64,000 bases of DNA from Scenedesmus sp. PABB004 (taxonomy: Eukaryota). Below, in pieces: positions 36,547 to 47,672 of this stretch (positions are counted from its first letter, which is position 1; each line of letters begins with the position of its first letter). The position numbers and the translations under genes are program-made. The stretch spans positions 1,674,001 through 1,738,000 of the forward strand of contig JABVCE010000003.1 of assembly GCA_014905635.1 (NCBI GenBank). Reading direction: 5' to 3'. The notes under the pieces were generated by a model. That model searched no databases. It worked only from the letters and a program-made list of their open reading frames with translations, and had not been told where the DNA came from.

Positions 36547-36912
36547 TTAGGCGGAGGTGAACTTGGTCACGGCCTTGGTGCCCTCAGACACGGCGTGCTT
36601 GGCGAGCTCGCCGGGCAGGATGAGGCGCACGGCGGTCTGGATCTCGCGCGAGGTGATGGTGGGCTTCTTGTTGTAGCGGGCCAGGCGGGAGGCCTCGCCG
36701 GCAATCTTCTCAAAGATGTCGTTGATGAAGCTGTTCATGATGGACATCGCCTTGGAGCTGATGCCGGTGTCGGGGTGCACCTGCTTGAGCACCTTGTAGA
36801 TGTAAATCTTGTAGGTCTCGGCCTTGGAGACCTTCTTCTTCTTGCCCTTGCCGTCGGTGGTCTTCTTGGCGGGCGCCTTGGCCGGAGCCTTCTCAGCGGC
36901 CTTGGGGGCCAT
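36547..36912 (-). CDS. H2B: Histone H2B
   Basis: [37 protein letters not shown]...AVTKFTSA, intronless. Confidence 0.99.
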   Translation of the reverse strand: MAPKAAEKAPAKAPAKKTTDGKGKKKKVSKAETYKIYIYKVLKQVHPDTGISSKAMSIMNSFINDIFEKIAGEASRLARYNKKPTITSREIQTAVRLILPGELAKHAVSEGTKAVTKFTSA

Positions 36913-37215
36913 GGTGCCGGGCTGGTGGGGGTGCGGGGGGTGCGTCTGGGTGCGACGAGGGCACGGGTTGGGCGCCGGGGGGCGGGGCGGGGCCTTTTGT
37001 AGGGCGGGGCGCGGGGCAACAACGGGCGCGCCGCACTCAGCTCAGCTCAGAGTGCGAGACCGCCCCGCCTGAGTTCGAGCCGTCGCTGCCGCCCGCCCGC
37101 CTCCTCGCTGGCGTGGGCGCGTATATGAGCGCCCTCGGGGCCCGCCGCCGGCAACACCGCTGCAGCAGCGACCCACACCCCCGCAGTCAACCCCCACCCC
37201 GACTCAGCAGCCACC
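36913..37215. promoter_or_regulatory. Bidirectional H2B/H2A promoter
   Basis: Divergent spacer with TATATG (about 37122), TACAAAA on - (about 36995) and a CTCAG cluster at 37037-37050. Confidence 0.6.
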
Positions 37216-37605
37216 ATGTCTGGGCGCGGCAAGGCAGCCGGCAAGGCCAAGGGCAAGGCGGTGTCCCGCTCCTCCAAGGCGGGCCTGCAGTTCCCCGTGG
37301 GCCGCCTGGCGCGCTACCTGAAGAAGGGCCGCTACGCCGAGCGCATCGGCGCGGGCGCGCCCGTGTACCTCGCGGCGGTGCTCGAGTACCTCGCGGCCGA
37401 GGTGCTGGAGCTCGCCGGCAACGCCGCGCGCGACAACAAGAAGAACCGCATCATCCCCCGCCACATCCAGCTCGCCATCCGCAACGACGAGGAGCTCTCC
37501 AAGCTCCTGGGCACCGTGACCATCGCCTCCGGCGGCGTGCTGCCCAACATCCACACCATGCTCCTGCCCAAGAAGGGCAAGAAGGGCGAGGCCGCCGCCG
37601 AGTAA
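37216..37605 (+). CDS. H2A: Histone H2A
   Basis: [14 protein letters not shown]...[32 protein letters not shown]...[13 protein letters not shown]. Confidence 0.99.
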   Translation: MSGRGKAAGKAKGKAVSRSSKAGLQFPVGRLARYLKKGRYAERIGAGAPVYLAAVLEYLAAEVLELAGNAARDNKKNRIIPRHIQLAIRNDEELSKLLGTVTIASGGVLPNIHTMLLPKKGKKGEAAAE

Positions 37606-37718
37606 ACCGGCAGCGACGCCCGGCCACACCCGGCGCTGCTGCTCCGGCAGTAGCGCCAGCCGCCGCGGGCGCCGCGCCACTGGCCGGCCGCCCGCGCGCG
37701 AGCGCACCCCAAAAAAAT

Positions 37719-37734
37719 GGTGTTGTTCAACACC
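37719..37734 (+). terminator. Histone 3' stem-loop (H2A; loop variant GTTC)
   Basis: GGTGTT-GTTC-AACACC followed by ACCAA. Confidence 0.88.
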
Positions 37735-37899
37735 ACCAACCCCCGGAAAGCCCGGCTCCCCCCTCGGCGGCGCGGCCGCTGGCGCGTGCGCCTCGTTCGC
37801 GCGCACTGTATGCGCCGCTGCAGCGGCTCGTGCGCGCAGCGCGTGCCGAGCGGCGTGCACGGCCCCGCCAGTGGTTGCAGCACGCAGCAGCGTCGGGGC

Positions 37900-39435
37900 T
37901 CACTCTGCCAGCGCGGCCTTGGCTCGCAGCAGCGCCTCCGCCAGCTCCTGCTTGAGCCGCGCACTCCCACCCAGCCCCGCCTTAAAGTGCGCAAACTCCT
38001 CGCCCGCCTGCCGTTCGGCGGACCGCGACCGCCCGCCGCGCAGCTGCCCCGCGGCCTCCTTGCCGGGACTGCCGCCCGTGCCGGCGCCGCGGTGCTTGCC
38101 GACGCTGCCGCACTCGCCAGGCGAGCGCCCGCTGCTGCCGGCGCCGCCCTGCTGCCCCAGCGCCGCCAGCAGCCGCTGCACCTCCTCCAGCTCGCGGTCC
38201 GTGCTGGCGGCGGGGCCCGCCGGGTCGCCGCGGAGGGCAGCGCCGCGCACCGCCTGCAGCAGCTCGCCCATCTCCTCCTGCTGCGGCGGCGCGCGCGTTG
38301 GCACGTGCATGCCTGCGCAGGACCTGCAGGCTGCAGGCTAGCCCGGCCAGCCTCGCGCGCTGCCGCGGCGCACCCTGCTCTTGAGCTCGCCGCGCAGCCA
38401 CCGCTCGCAGGCCTTGCGCACGCCGTGCTCCGCGCGCAGGCGGCGCGCCAGCTCAGCAATCTCCACGTCCTTGGCCGCGTGCAGCGCCGTCGCCTTGTCC
38501 AGCGCACGCGCGAGCTCGCGCCGCGCGCCGCACGCCTCCTGCGCCTGCGGCCGGGCGCGCGCGGTTGGGCAGGGCCGACCGGGCCGCGCGCCACGCGCCG
38601 CAGCCACGCCGCCGCCTGCAGCGCGAGAGCTGGCGCGCCGGCGCCAGCGCGCTGGCGCCAGCGCCCGCGCCGCACCCGCGCGCTGGCGGCGCCCAGCTCG
38701 CCCTCCAGGCCCTCCAGCTCGCGCCGCAGCTCGACCACCTCAAGCGCCAGCAGCTCCTGCGCGCGGGCGGCCGCAGGGCAGCGGGGCGGCAAGGGCCGCG
38801 GTCGGCGGCGTGCGCGCTCGCCACGCCGCGCCGGCGCCACGGGCAAGCCGCACCTTCTCCCTGCGCTCCCGCGCCGCCGCGAGCGCGGCCTGGCTCGCCT
38901 CCTCGGCCGCCGCCGCGCCGCGCGCCCGCAGGTCGTCGCGCTCCGCGCGCAGCGCCAGCACCTCGGCGTGCAGCTGCGCCGCCTGGGCGCGCGGCGGCGG
39001 CGGTGTGCGCTGCGCTGCGCTGCGCTGCGCTGCGGTGCACTGCGCTGCCGGTGGCGCACCGCGCACCGCGTGCGCGCAGCCCCGCCCCGCGGGCCCGCGC
39101 ACCTCGGCGCTGCGCGCGCCTAGCGCCGACTCCAGCCGCGCGGCCTCGTGCTCGCCCTTGCGCTTCGCGTTTCGCAGCGCCTCTCGTAGCGCCTCCTGGT
39201 CGCGGCGCGCGGCGTCCAGGCTGCGCTGCAGCTCGGCGGCCTCCACCTCCTTGCGTCGGAGCTGGGCGCGCTGCGCCTCGCTGGTGCGGTCGAGCGCCGC
39301 ACAGACCTCCTCGTCGGCCGCCGCGAGCGCTCGCCTGGTCGCCCCGCCGCCGCCGCCGCTGAAGCTCGGCGAGCCACCGCTGCCGGGGCGCAGCAAGCTG
39401 CGCAGCTGCTCGAGCTCCTGCAGCACCGACGCCAT
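37900..39435 (-). CDS. Coiled-coil protein of unknown function (multi-exon)
   Basis: MASVLQELEQLRSLL..., heptad-like exons (QLRRKEVEAAELQRSL, KACERWLRGELKSREEMGELL) joined by GT-AG introns. Confidence 0.7.
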
Positions 39436-39977
39436 GCTCCCGCGGTGCCGCCCGGCCGCGCGGCGGCGCGGCGCTGCGCAGCGGCGCAGCGCTCGCTGCT
39501 GCTCTTTCGCGAGCTGCTCCTCTCGCGGCCTGAAAGGCACGCCCGCGTCTCGGACTTCAGCAGGGCGCGCAGGAGCCGGACGGGCGCGACGGCGGCGGCG
39601 GCGGCTCTCGCGCGAGCGGCTCGCTGGCGATGCTGCTCCGCGGAGGCTGCTCGACCGCTGACGGCCGCGGGGCGCAGCGTATCAGGCCCTGGGGGGCAGG
39701 CGCGGGCTCTCATCGCCACGACCGCGGCTCGTCACACGGTTGACCGGGCCCCCCGCCAAGTCCCGCTCCGCCGCCCAGGCCCCCGCGCGCGCCCAGCGTG
39801 CAGCCCCCCCCCCCCCCCCCGCCCCGCCCGTCTGCAGCAGCTCCGCGCGGTGGCACACACGGCGCGCCCCGCCGCCGCCGGCCGCGGCGCGGGCGGCGCA
39901 CGCTGCGCCTGCAGCGCGCGCCGCCCGGCGCGGCCACTAGTACTACTTCGCCCGCCGGCCCAGCCGCGGCGGCGGCT

Positions 39978-40560
39978 TCAGGCGCCTGCGGCAGCGCGCC
40001 AGGGAGCCAGCGGCGGCGGCAGCGCGCGCGTGAGCGCCGCCACGCTGCGCGCGCCGCTGTGCCAGAGCCGCTGTGCCAGAGCCACTCGTGTGGCGCGCGG
40101 CGCGCCAGCTGCTGCGCCGTGCGCGCGGCCGCGCGCACGGCAGCGCGGCCGCGCTGCGGTGCGCACCGTCGGCGCTCTTGCTGCGCTCCTCGTAGATCTG
40201 CAGGTCGCGATTGAGCAGCGCCTTGGTGAAGTAGTCGAGGTTGGTCGGCTTGGGCTTGCCGTAGTAAAAGTCGGTCGCCACGTCGCGGATGAGGCCGCCT
40301 GGCGGCAGCGGCGGGCGCGGCGGCAGCAGCAGCAGCGGCGCCGGCGGGCGGGCGCGTCGGCGGGGCGCCGCGGCGCGGCGTGCCGCCTGCGCGGGGCGCT
40401 GGCGCCGCGCCCGAGCGCGCCGGGGGAGCGGCGGGCGGAGCGCCGCGAGGGCGCTGCCGGGCGGGGGCGGGCGTGCAATGCTGGGGGCACCCCCCCCCCC
40501 ACCTGCTGTCAGGCACGCCACCATCAGCGCGATGCCCGGCACCGTCGGCCAGGCGCCCAT
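39978..40560 (-). CDS. NDUFA1: NADH:ubiquinone oxidoreductase subunit A1 (MWFE), 3 exons
   Basis: Spliced product MGAWPTVPGIALMVACLTAGGLIRDVATDFYYGKPKPTNLDYFTKALLNRDLQIYEERSKSADGA: about 65 aa, N-terminal TM helix, GKPK and RD motifs of MWFE. Confidence 0.75.
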
Positions 40561-40837
40561 GGCTGGTGCCGCTGTCGCTGCCGCGCGGGCGCGCGCTGCC
40601 CCAGGCGCTCGCGCGGCCCGACTCGATCGACGGAGGTGGGCGCTGCTGCTGCTGCTGCTCGTGCTGCTGCTGCTGCTGCTCCGGCGGTGGGCTGGACGAG
40701 CGGTGTGGCGCTGCGAGGCCGCCCGGGGCTGCAGCAAAAAAGCGCCCTAGCCTTGCGCCCTGGCACGCTCCCTCGCGCCTCTCCCCCCGCCGACCACCGC
40801 CCGCCAGTCCAGGCGCACAGGCCAGCCACGCCCGAGC

Positions 40838-43800
40838 ATGCCCTTTGCGCTGGCGCCTCGCCCGCGCCCGGCGGCGCCGCCGCCGGGCAGCGGCGCCGAG
40901 CCGCAGCCGCAGCAGGCGCTGCGCTTCGCCCTGCCCGCGCTGCCAGAGGGTCAGGGTGGGCCGCAGCAACGGCCGGCCGGCGGACGGCACCGGTGCGCGC
41001 GCCGTCGCCGCGCGCACGGCGCCCGCCGCTGCTCGCCGCTGCGCCGCGCGGCGGCGCGCATGCATGCGCCCCCGCCGCACCCGCAGGGCGATCGTCCTGC
41101 CCGGGCCTGACCGCTGGGCGCAGGGCAGCGGCGGCGGCGCCGGCGGCAGCAGCTCGCACCAGCAGCAGCACGCGCCGGCCGCCGGCGGCGGCGGCGCGCC
41201 GCAGCAGCCGCCGCAGCGCACGCCCCCGCAGCAGCAGGCGGGCCCGCTCGTGCCCGCGCTGTGCCTGGGCGACGTGTTCATCACCGCCAACACCGTGGCC
41301 GGCATCCTCAACACCAGCCAGGCGGCCGCGGCGGAGGGGCGCCTGCCGACCGCGCGCGCCGCGAGCGGCCGCCGCGGCGGCGCGGCGGCGGCCGCCGCCG
41401 CCGCCGCCGCCGCGGTGGGCCTGCCGCCGCCTGCGCCGCTCGACCCCGCGTCGGCGCTGCTGCTGCAGCTGCTGCAGCCGCTGCCGGCGCCGCCGCCGCC
41501 GGGCGCCGGCGCAGGCGCAGACGCGCCCGCCGCGGGGCCGGCAGCGCCGCGGCGCCTGTTTTTCGTGCAGCGCGAGGCGGCGGAGTACGCGCGCCAGGAG
41601 CTGCTGCTGCAGCGCTACGAGGCGCTGCTGGCGGCGCGGCGCGCCGCGGGGCTGCCCACAGCGCCCAAGGCACCGGGCACCAGCGCCGGCGCGCCGCGCG
41701 GCGGGCCCGCCTGGCACATGCTGGAGGGCGTGCAGTCCGCGCTGGGCGCCAAGCCCGGTGCCAGCCCGGGGGCGGCGCCGCGGAGCAGCAGCCGGAGCAG
41801 CGCGTGGGCGGCGGGGGCGTGGCACGGGCCATGGCCGAGCTGCACGCCAAGGTGTGCCGCCTGCTGCCCTGGGGCCAGCCGCCGCGCAGCGCGCCCGCCG
41901 GCGGCGCCGCGGCGGCGGGGGTGGCGCCGGTGCCGGCGGCGGCGGCGGCGGCAGCGCGCCCGCGCCGGCGCCCGCGGCCGCGCCCGGCGTGCCGGCGCCG
42001 AGCAGCAGCGTCGTCGGCGCGCGGCGGGGGCTGCCCGCGGTGCTGGCGGCGCAGCTATCTGTCTTCATGACCGACCTGGCCGCGCTTGAGGAGGATGCGG
42101 TGCTGTCGGAGGGCGCGGCGCTGCTGGAGCGGCGCGCGGCCGAGGCGGGCGGCGCCGGCGGGGCGCGGCGGGCCCGCGGCGGCGGCGGCGGCGGCGGGCC
42201 CGGCGGGTGCGGGGCTGGGCAGCAGGCCTTCAACTTTGCCTCGTACGTGGCGCGCATGCCCCTGTCGGCGGCGCTCGCGCTGCTGCAGCAGCAGCAGGTG
42301 GCGGCGCAGGCCGCGCACGCCGCAGCGGCGGCGGCGCCGGCGGCGGGGCCGTTTGCGCTGGCGGTGTCGGGCGGCGACGTGCGCGCGTGTGTGGCCATCC
42401 GCGGCCGCGACGCGTTTGTGGGGCTCGAGGCGCAGCAGCAGCCGGGCAGCGGCGGCTGGCAGCTGGGGCTCCATGGCGACAGCGACGACGACGACGGCAG
42501 CAGCAGCAGCGACGACGACGCGGAGGAGCTGGCGCGGCCGCGGCCGGCCGTCGACGGCCCCGCTCCGCGCGGCCGCTGGCGCTGGGGCAAGGGCGGCGGC
42601 GCGGAGGCGGCGGCGCCGCGGCAGGCGCACGCGCACGCGGCGGAGCCTGCCGAGGCGCGCGGCGCGGCGCGGGCGCGGGAGCGCGGCGGCGGCGGGAGGC
42701 AGCCTCCCGGCCCGCCGCCGCGCGCAGCGCCGACCCCGGCGGCCTGGGCGACGCGGCGTACAGCCTGCTGCCGCTGCCGAGCACCCTGGCGGCCGCCGGC
42801 GGCGCGCCTCGGAGCGGCGAGGCGCGCGGCGGCGCGCCCGGCGGCGCGCCCGCGTCGCTGCGGCTGCCGCTCTCGTCGCTCGCGGCGCAGCAGCGTGCGC
42901 TCGCGTCGGCCGGCGGCGAGGTGCGCGTGCCGCTCGCGCCCGGCGACGTGGGCGTGTGCGACCGCACGCCCGCGTTCACGCTGCCGGGGGTGTCCCTGGT
43001 GCTCGACACCAGCTACGGCCAGGTCGCCTTTGCGCCCGCCTTCCTCTCGCTCGGCCAGCTCTGCGCCTTCCTCGGCGCCGCGCGCACCGCGGCGACGCGC
43101 CTCTGGCTCGCGCAGCGCCGCGAGGCGCGCGCCGCGTGGCGCGCGGGCGTCGAGGCGGGCGCGCTCGCGCTCGCGGGCGGCGGGCTGCCGGGCGGCGGCG
43201 GGCGCGGCGCCGGCGCGGCGGCGGCCGCCGCGGCCGCGGCGGCGGCTGCGGAGGAGAGCGAGGACGACGAGGACGGCATGGGCGACCCGCCTGAGGCCAA
43301 GGCGCTGCTGGAGGAGCTGGGCGAGGGCGCGCCGCGCCGGCCGCCGCCCGCGCCGCTGGGCGGCGGCGCCGGCGGCGCGCCGGCGACGCGCGGTCTCGCG
43401 GGCGCGCTCAACGCGGTCGCGCTGGGCACGATCAGCCTCGCCGCGGGCGCGGCGGCGGGCGCGGGTGAGCTGCTCGACCGCGCCGCGCTGGCGCTGCCGC
43501 CGCTCGGCGAGTGGCTCGTGGGCCTGCCGGACAGCGTCAACGTGCGGGGCGTCTTCCTGGAGGACCTGGCGGCCGAGGCGGCAGCGCACAATGCGGCCCT
43601 GCTCTCCCCGCCGCGCGCGCCGCCCGCCGCCGCGGCGGCAGCGGCGTCCGCCGGCGCGGACGCGCCGGCGCCGCTGGTGGACCCGCTGGGCCTGGTGGCC
43701 CCGGACGGCGGGGCGCCGGCGCCGGTGCCGGCGCCCGCGGCGGCGCTGCCGCCGCTGGAGCTGCCCTGCCTGGACGGCCTGCGCCTGGTGCTGTCGGCGG

Positions 43801-44445
43801 GCTGGACCGTCGCCGGCGACCTGCTGTTGCGTGAGGGCGCGGCCGCGTCGGCGCTCGTCGCGGGCGCCGGCGCGGGCGGGCGGCGCCTGGGCGCGGCCGA
43901 CGTGCAGGTGCGCGCGGCGCGCGCGCGCCCCCCGCTGCGCGCCGCGCCTCCCGGCAGCGCCGCCCGGCCGCGCGGCGCGCGCCCGACGCGCCCGGCACGC
44001 GCCGCGCCGCTCGCCCACCCAACAGGTGAGCGAGGAGGGCGAGGTCGCGCTGCGCCTGGGGCTGGCGGTCATGGCCACGCACCACCCCGCCGCCGCCGCA
44101 CCTCCTGCGCGGGCCGGCGGCGGCCCCGCGGCGCCGCCGCACCCCGCGGGCGGCGGGCACGAGTTTGAGGTGGGACTGCACCTCAACCTGAGCCGCCTCA
44201 TCGGCGTGCCGTCGCTGCAGCACGCCGACCAGCTGAGCGCGGCGCGCGGCGGCGGCGCGGCGGGGCGCGGCGTGCTGCTGGTCGGCGACCTCGGCCTGGA
44301 CGCGCTCGGCGGCGGGGCGGAGCCGGGCGACGCGCTCTGGCGCACGCCGCACCTCGGCCTGGGCCTGCTGCCCGCGCCGCCGCCGCCGGCGGCGCGGCCG
44401 CGCGGCGGCGGCGGCGGCGGCAGCAGCAGCGGCGGGGCATCATGA
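40838..44445 (+). CDS. Hypothetical protein (multi-exon, apparent frameshifts)
   Basis: Protein-like segments LCLGDVFITANTVAGILN, RRLFFVQREAAEYARQELLLQRYEALL, FNFASYVARMPL and VSLVLDTSYGQVAF in shifting frames. Head-to-head with NDUFA1. Confidence 0.6.
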
Positions 44446-44550
44446 GCGCTGGCGGCAGGGGCCCAGCTCGGCGGTAAAGGGCCCTGTGGTGGTGTTACAA
44501 ACCCATTCGGTGTTGTACAGGCCGCCGACCGGCTGGCGCCGCTCTGAGCG

Positions 44551-47211
44551 TCACGCGGCGGGCTCGTCCTCGGGCTGCGCCGCCGCGCCCTCGAGCTGCG
44601 CCGCCGCGCCCCCTGCAGGCGGGGGCTCCGCGCCGCCGGCCTTGATGTTGGCGCCCAGGCCCGCGCAGTGCAGGCTCGCGAGCAGCACGACGTAGAGCAG
44701 CTTGCTGAACCCGCCGCTCACGTGCCCGAGCGCCGCACGGCAGTCGACGTCCACCTCGTCGGCCGCCGCCGCGGCCGCGGCCGCCGCGTCGCCGCCCAGC
44801 CCGCCCTGCCCCGCCGCCGCCGCCTCGAGCGCGGCCAGCAGCGCCGGCGCCGCGCCGCGCAGCGCGGCGGACAGGTCGGCCACGTCGGCCAGCATGGTCG
44901 CGACCTCGCGGCGCACGGCAGCCGCGAGGGCGGTCGCCTCGGCGGGCCAGGCGAGGCCGTCGTCCAGCGGCTTGCCAAAGCTGCGGCGGGCAGGCAGGGG
45001 GGACAGGGCGGGGCGCAGCGGTCACCGCGCCGCACCGCCGGCGCGCGCGCTGCGGCCGGCGCCGCGCCGCCCGCCGCCGCCGCGCGTCGCACCGCGCAGG
45101 CGCCGCGATGCTGCGGCCGAGCGAGAGCAGCAGCATCAGCTGCCCCGCCGACACCTCGGCCAGGCTCTTGACCGCCAGGGAGCGCAGGCCCTGCAGCAGG
45201 CGCGCGAGCTGCGCGCGCGCCGCTGAAGGCGGGGGCGCTGCGCCGTCGCCGCCCGGCGCGTCGGGGCCGCCGCCCTCGGCGTCGTCAGGCTGGATCTCCC
45301 CCGCCGCCTCGGGCGCCGCCGCGCCGGCCGCCTCGGCGCCCGCCGCCGCGGCGGCGCCGTCGCCGCGCTGCCCCGCCGCGCCGGCCTCGGCCGCCGCGGC
45401 CTCCGCCTGCTGCAGGAGCTGGCCGACCTTGTGGCGTGCCTTGTTGCTCAGAGCCACGACCGGGTGGTACAGCGACGCCAGGCGCTCGGCGAGCAGCAGC
45501 GCCTCGTCGCCCTCGCCGCCGCCCTCGCCGCCGCCCTCGCCGCCGCCCGGCGCCGCCCCGCCCGGCGCCGCCTCGCCCGCCGCCGGCGGCTCAAACGCCG
45601 GCAGCAGCGCGGTGAGCGCCGCGTCGATCTGCTCCCGCGCCTCGGGCTGCAGCGTGGCGCGCGCCCTGCGCCGCGACCGCGGCGGCGGCGGCAGCGGCGG
45701 CGGCGGAGTGGGCGCGGCGCCCCGCCGTACTCCTGTGCCGGCGCGGCGTGCGCGGCGCGGCCGGGTCACGCGGCCGCACCTGTTGGCGACGCGCGCGCAC
45801 TCGCTGCTGAGCTGCTCCAGCTCCTCTGCGGCCTCAAGCCCGCCGTAGAGCTCGAAGCAGCTCTCAAACGTCTCCGCCCACGACGCCGAGCGCCCGTGCC
45901 CCCCGCCGGAGCTGCCGCGCGACTCCAGCAGCGCCACGGCGCCGCGGCCGACGGTCTGGCGGCGCCGCGCGGCGCGGCGCGGCGCGCGGGCGGCGTTGGG
46001 GCGGGCCCCGCCCGGCGCGGCGGGCCCAGCGGGCGCGCAGCGCGCCGCGCCCTGCCGCCCCCCTGGGCCGCACCTCGAGGCCGCGCTCAGCGCGCGCCGC
46101 GAGGCTGCCCACCGCGCCGACACCCTCCGCCAGCTCCTTTGCGACCTTGTTCGCCGCGCCCCACAGGCTGCCCAGTGCCTTAGCCGCGCTCGCCGCCAGC
46201 TGGTCCACCTGGTCGTCGATGGCCTGCGCGCACGGGCGCACGCGGCCTCGGCGCACGCCGTGCTGCGTCGCGCACTGCACACGCCGCGCCGCGCGCCGCG
46301 CGCCGCGCGCCGCGCACTGCGCACTGCGCACTGCGCACTGCACACTGTGTGGTCGCGCCGCGCACGCCGCACGCCGCGCACCTTGAGGCCGCTCTCGAGC
46401 TGCGTGTCGGCGCCCTGCAGCCGCGCCAGCACCGCCGCGCGCCGCGCCGCCTCGCCGTCGTCGCCGCCGCCCTCGGCAGCGCCGCCGAGGCGGCCGAGCG
46501 CGGGCTCGCTGTCGCGCCGCGCGGTCACGGGCGCCGGCGGCGCGGCCGCGCCCGCGGCGGCGGCGCGGCCGGGTGGGGGTGCGTGCCGTACGCGGCCAGG
46601 CGCTCCGCGTCGCTCTCGTCCTCCGCCGCCACGACTTCGGCCACCGCCTGCTGCACGGTCACGGTGAGCTCCCGAAGGTCCGCGGCCGCGCCCAGCGCGA
46701 CGGCCTGCAGCTTGCTGCCCAGCCCACCCAGGCCCCAGACGCCCGCCCAGGCCGCGGGCGCGCCGCCGCCGCCGCTGCCGCCGCCGCCGCCGCTGCTGCG
46801 GGCTGCCTCGGCGGCGGGCGCCGCCTCGTCGGGCGAGGCCTGCGGCGCCGGCTGCGGCGGCGGCGCCGGCACCGGCGCTGGCTGCGGAGCCGCGGACGGC
46901 GGCGCGGGCGCCGGGGCCGGCCCGGCAGCAGCCGCCCGTGCCGCAGATGGCGGCGGCGGGCCAGCCGGGCGCGGCGGCGCCGCGCCGGGGCCGGGCTGCT
47001 TGCTCGCCGGCGCTGGCGCTGGCGCTGGCGCTGGCGCTGGCGCTGGCGCTGCCGGCGCTGCGGGCGGCGTCACGGCTGCCGGCGTCACTGCTGCCGGCGC
47101 GGCGGGCGCCTCAGGCTCGTCCGCCCAGTCGTCGTCAAAGTCGTCGCCGTCCGCCGCGCCGGGCGCGTCCAGCTCCGCCCACGCGTCGTCGTCCTCTGTC
47201 GGCGCCGCCAT
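44551..47211 (-). CDS. FAM114A/Noxp20-like protein (multi-exon)
   Basis: Acidic N-terminus, GVWGLGGLG, AERGLETVGRGAVALL and FESCFELYGGLEAAEELEQLS resemble FAM114 family conserved blocks (from recall, not a search). Confidence 0.65.
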
Positions 47212-47672
47212 CGCGGGCGGCAGCGCTGCTGCTGCTGCCTTGCCCGCGCGCTCCGCTGCTGCTGCCTTGCCTGCGCGCTCCGCGACCACCTCCCAGCTCA
47301 GCGAGCGCACGTGCAGGGCCGACGTTCCAGGCGGCAGGGCGACGCCTCGCGTCCCGGCGCCCCTCCTCGGTCGTCGAGCACGGCGCGGCGGTTGCAACAG
47401 CGGCGGGCGCGGCGCGGCGTGGCGCGCGCGGGAGGAGCGGGGGCGGCGCGCGGTGCCCGCACGTGCGGGCGGTTGGAGGCGCCGGCTGTGACGGGCCGCG
47501 CGTGATCGGGCGGCCGTCCTCGCGGCGGCGCGCGGCGGCGCAGCGCCAGGAGCGACAGAGCCCTGCAGCCCTCCCCACCTTCCTGCTCGGTCGCGGCGCC
47601 CACGCGCGCCCGCCGATCATATCACACGGCCGCCGTCGTCGGCACCACGTCTCGCCCGCGGGCGCGGGCGCG

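Noticed and set aside
39445..44445. 1666-aa plus-strand ORF and 1273-aa antisense ORF, plus many other long Arg/Ala/Gly/Pro ORFs across the window
   Set aside because: Stop codons are rare at this GC content. These are shadow frames that only partly overlap true exons.
44486..44505. GGTGGTGTTACAAACCC as a fifth histone-type stem-loop
   Set aside because: No complementary stem and no histone gene. It contains TTACA, the minus-strand TGTAA poly(A) signal of the FAM114-like gene.
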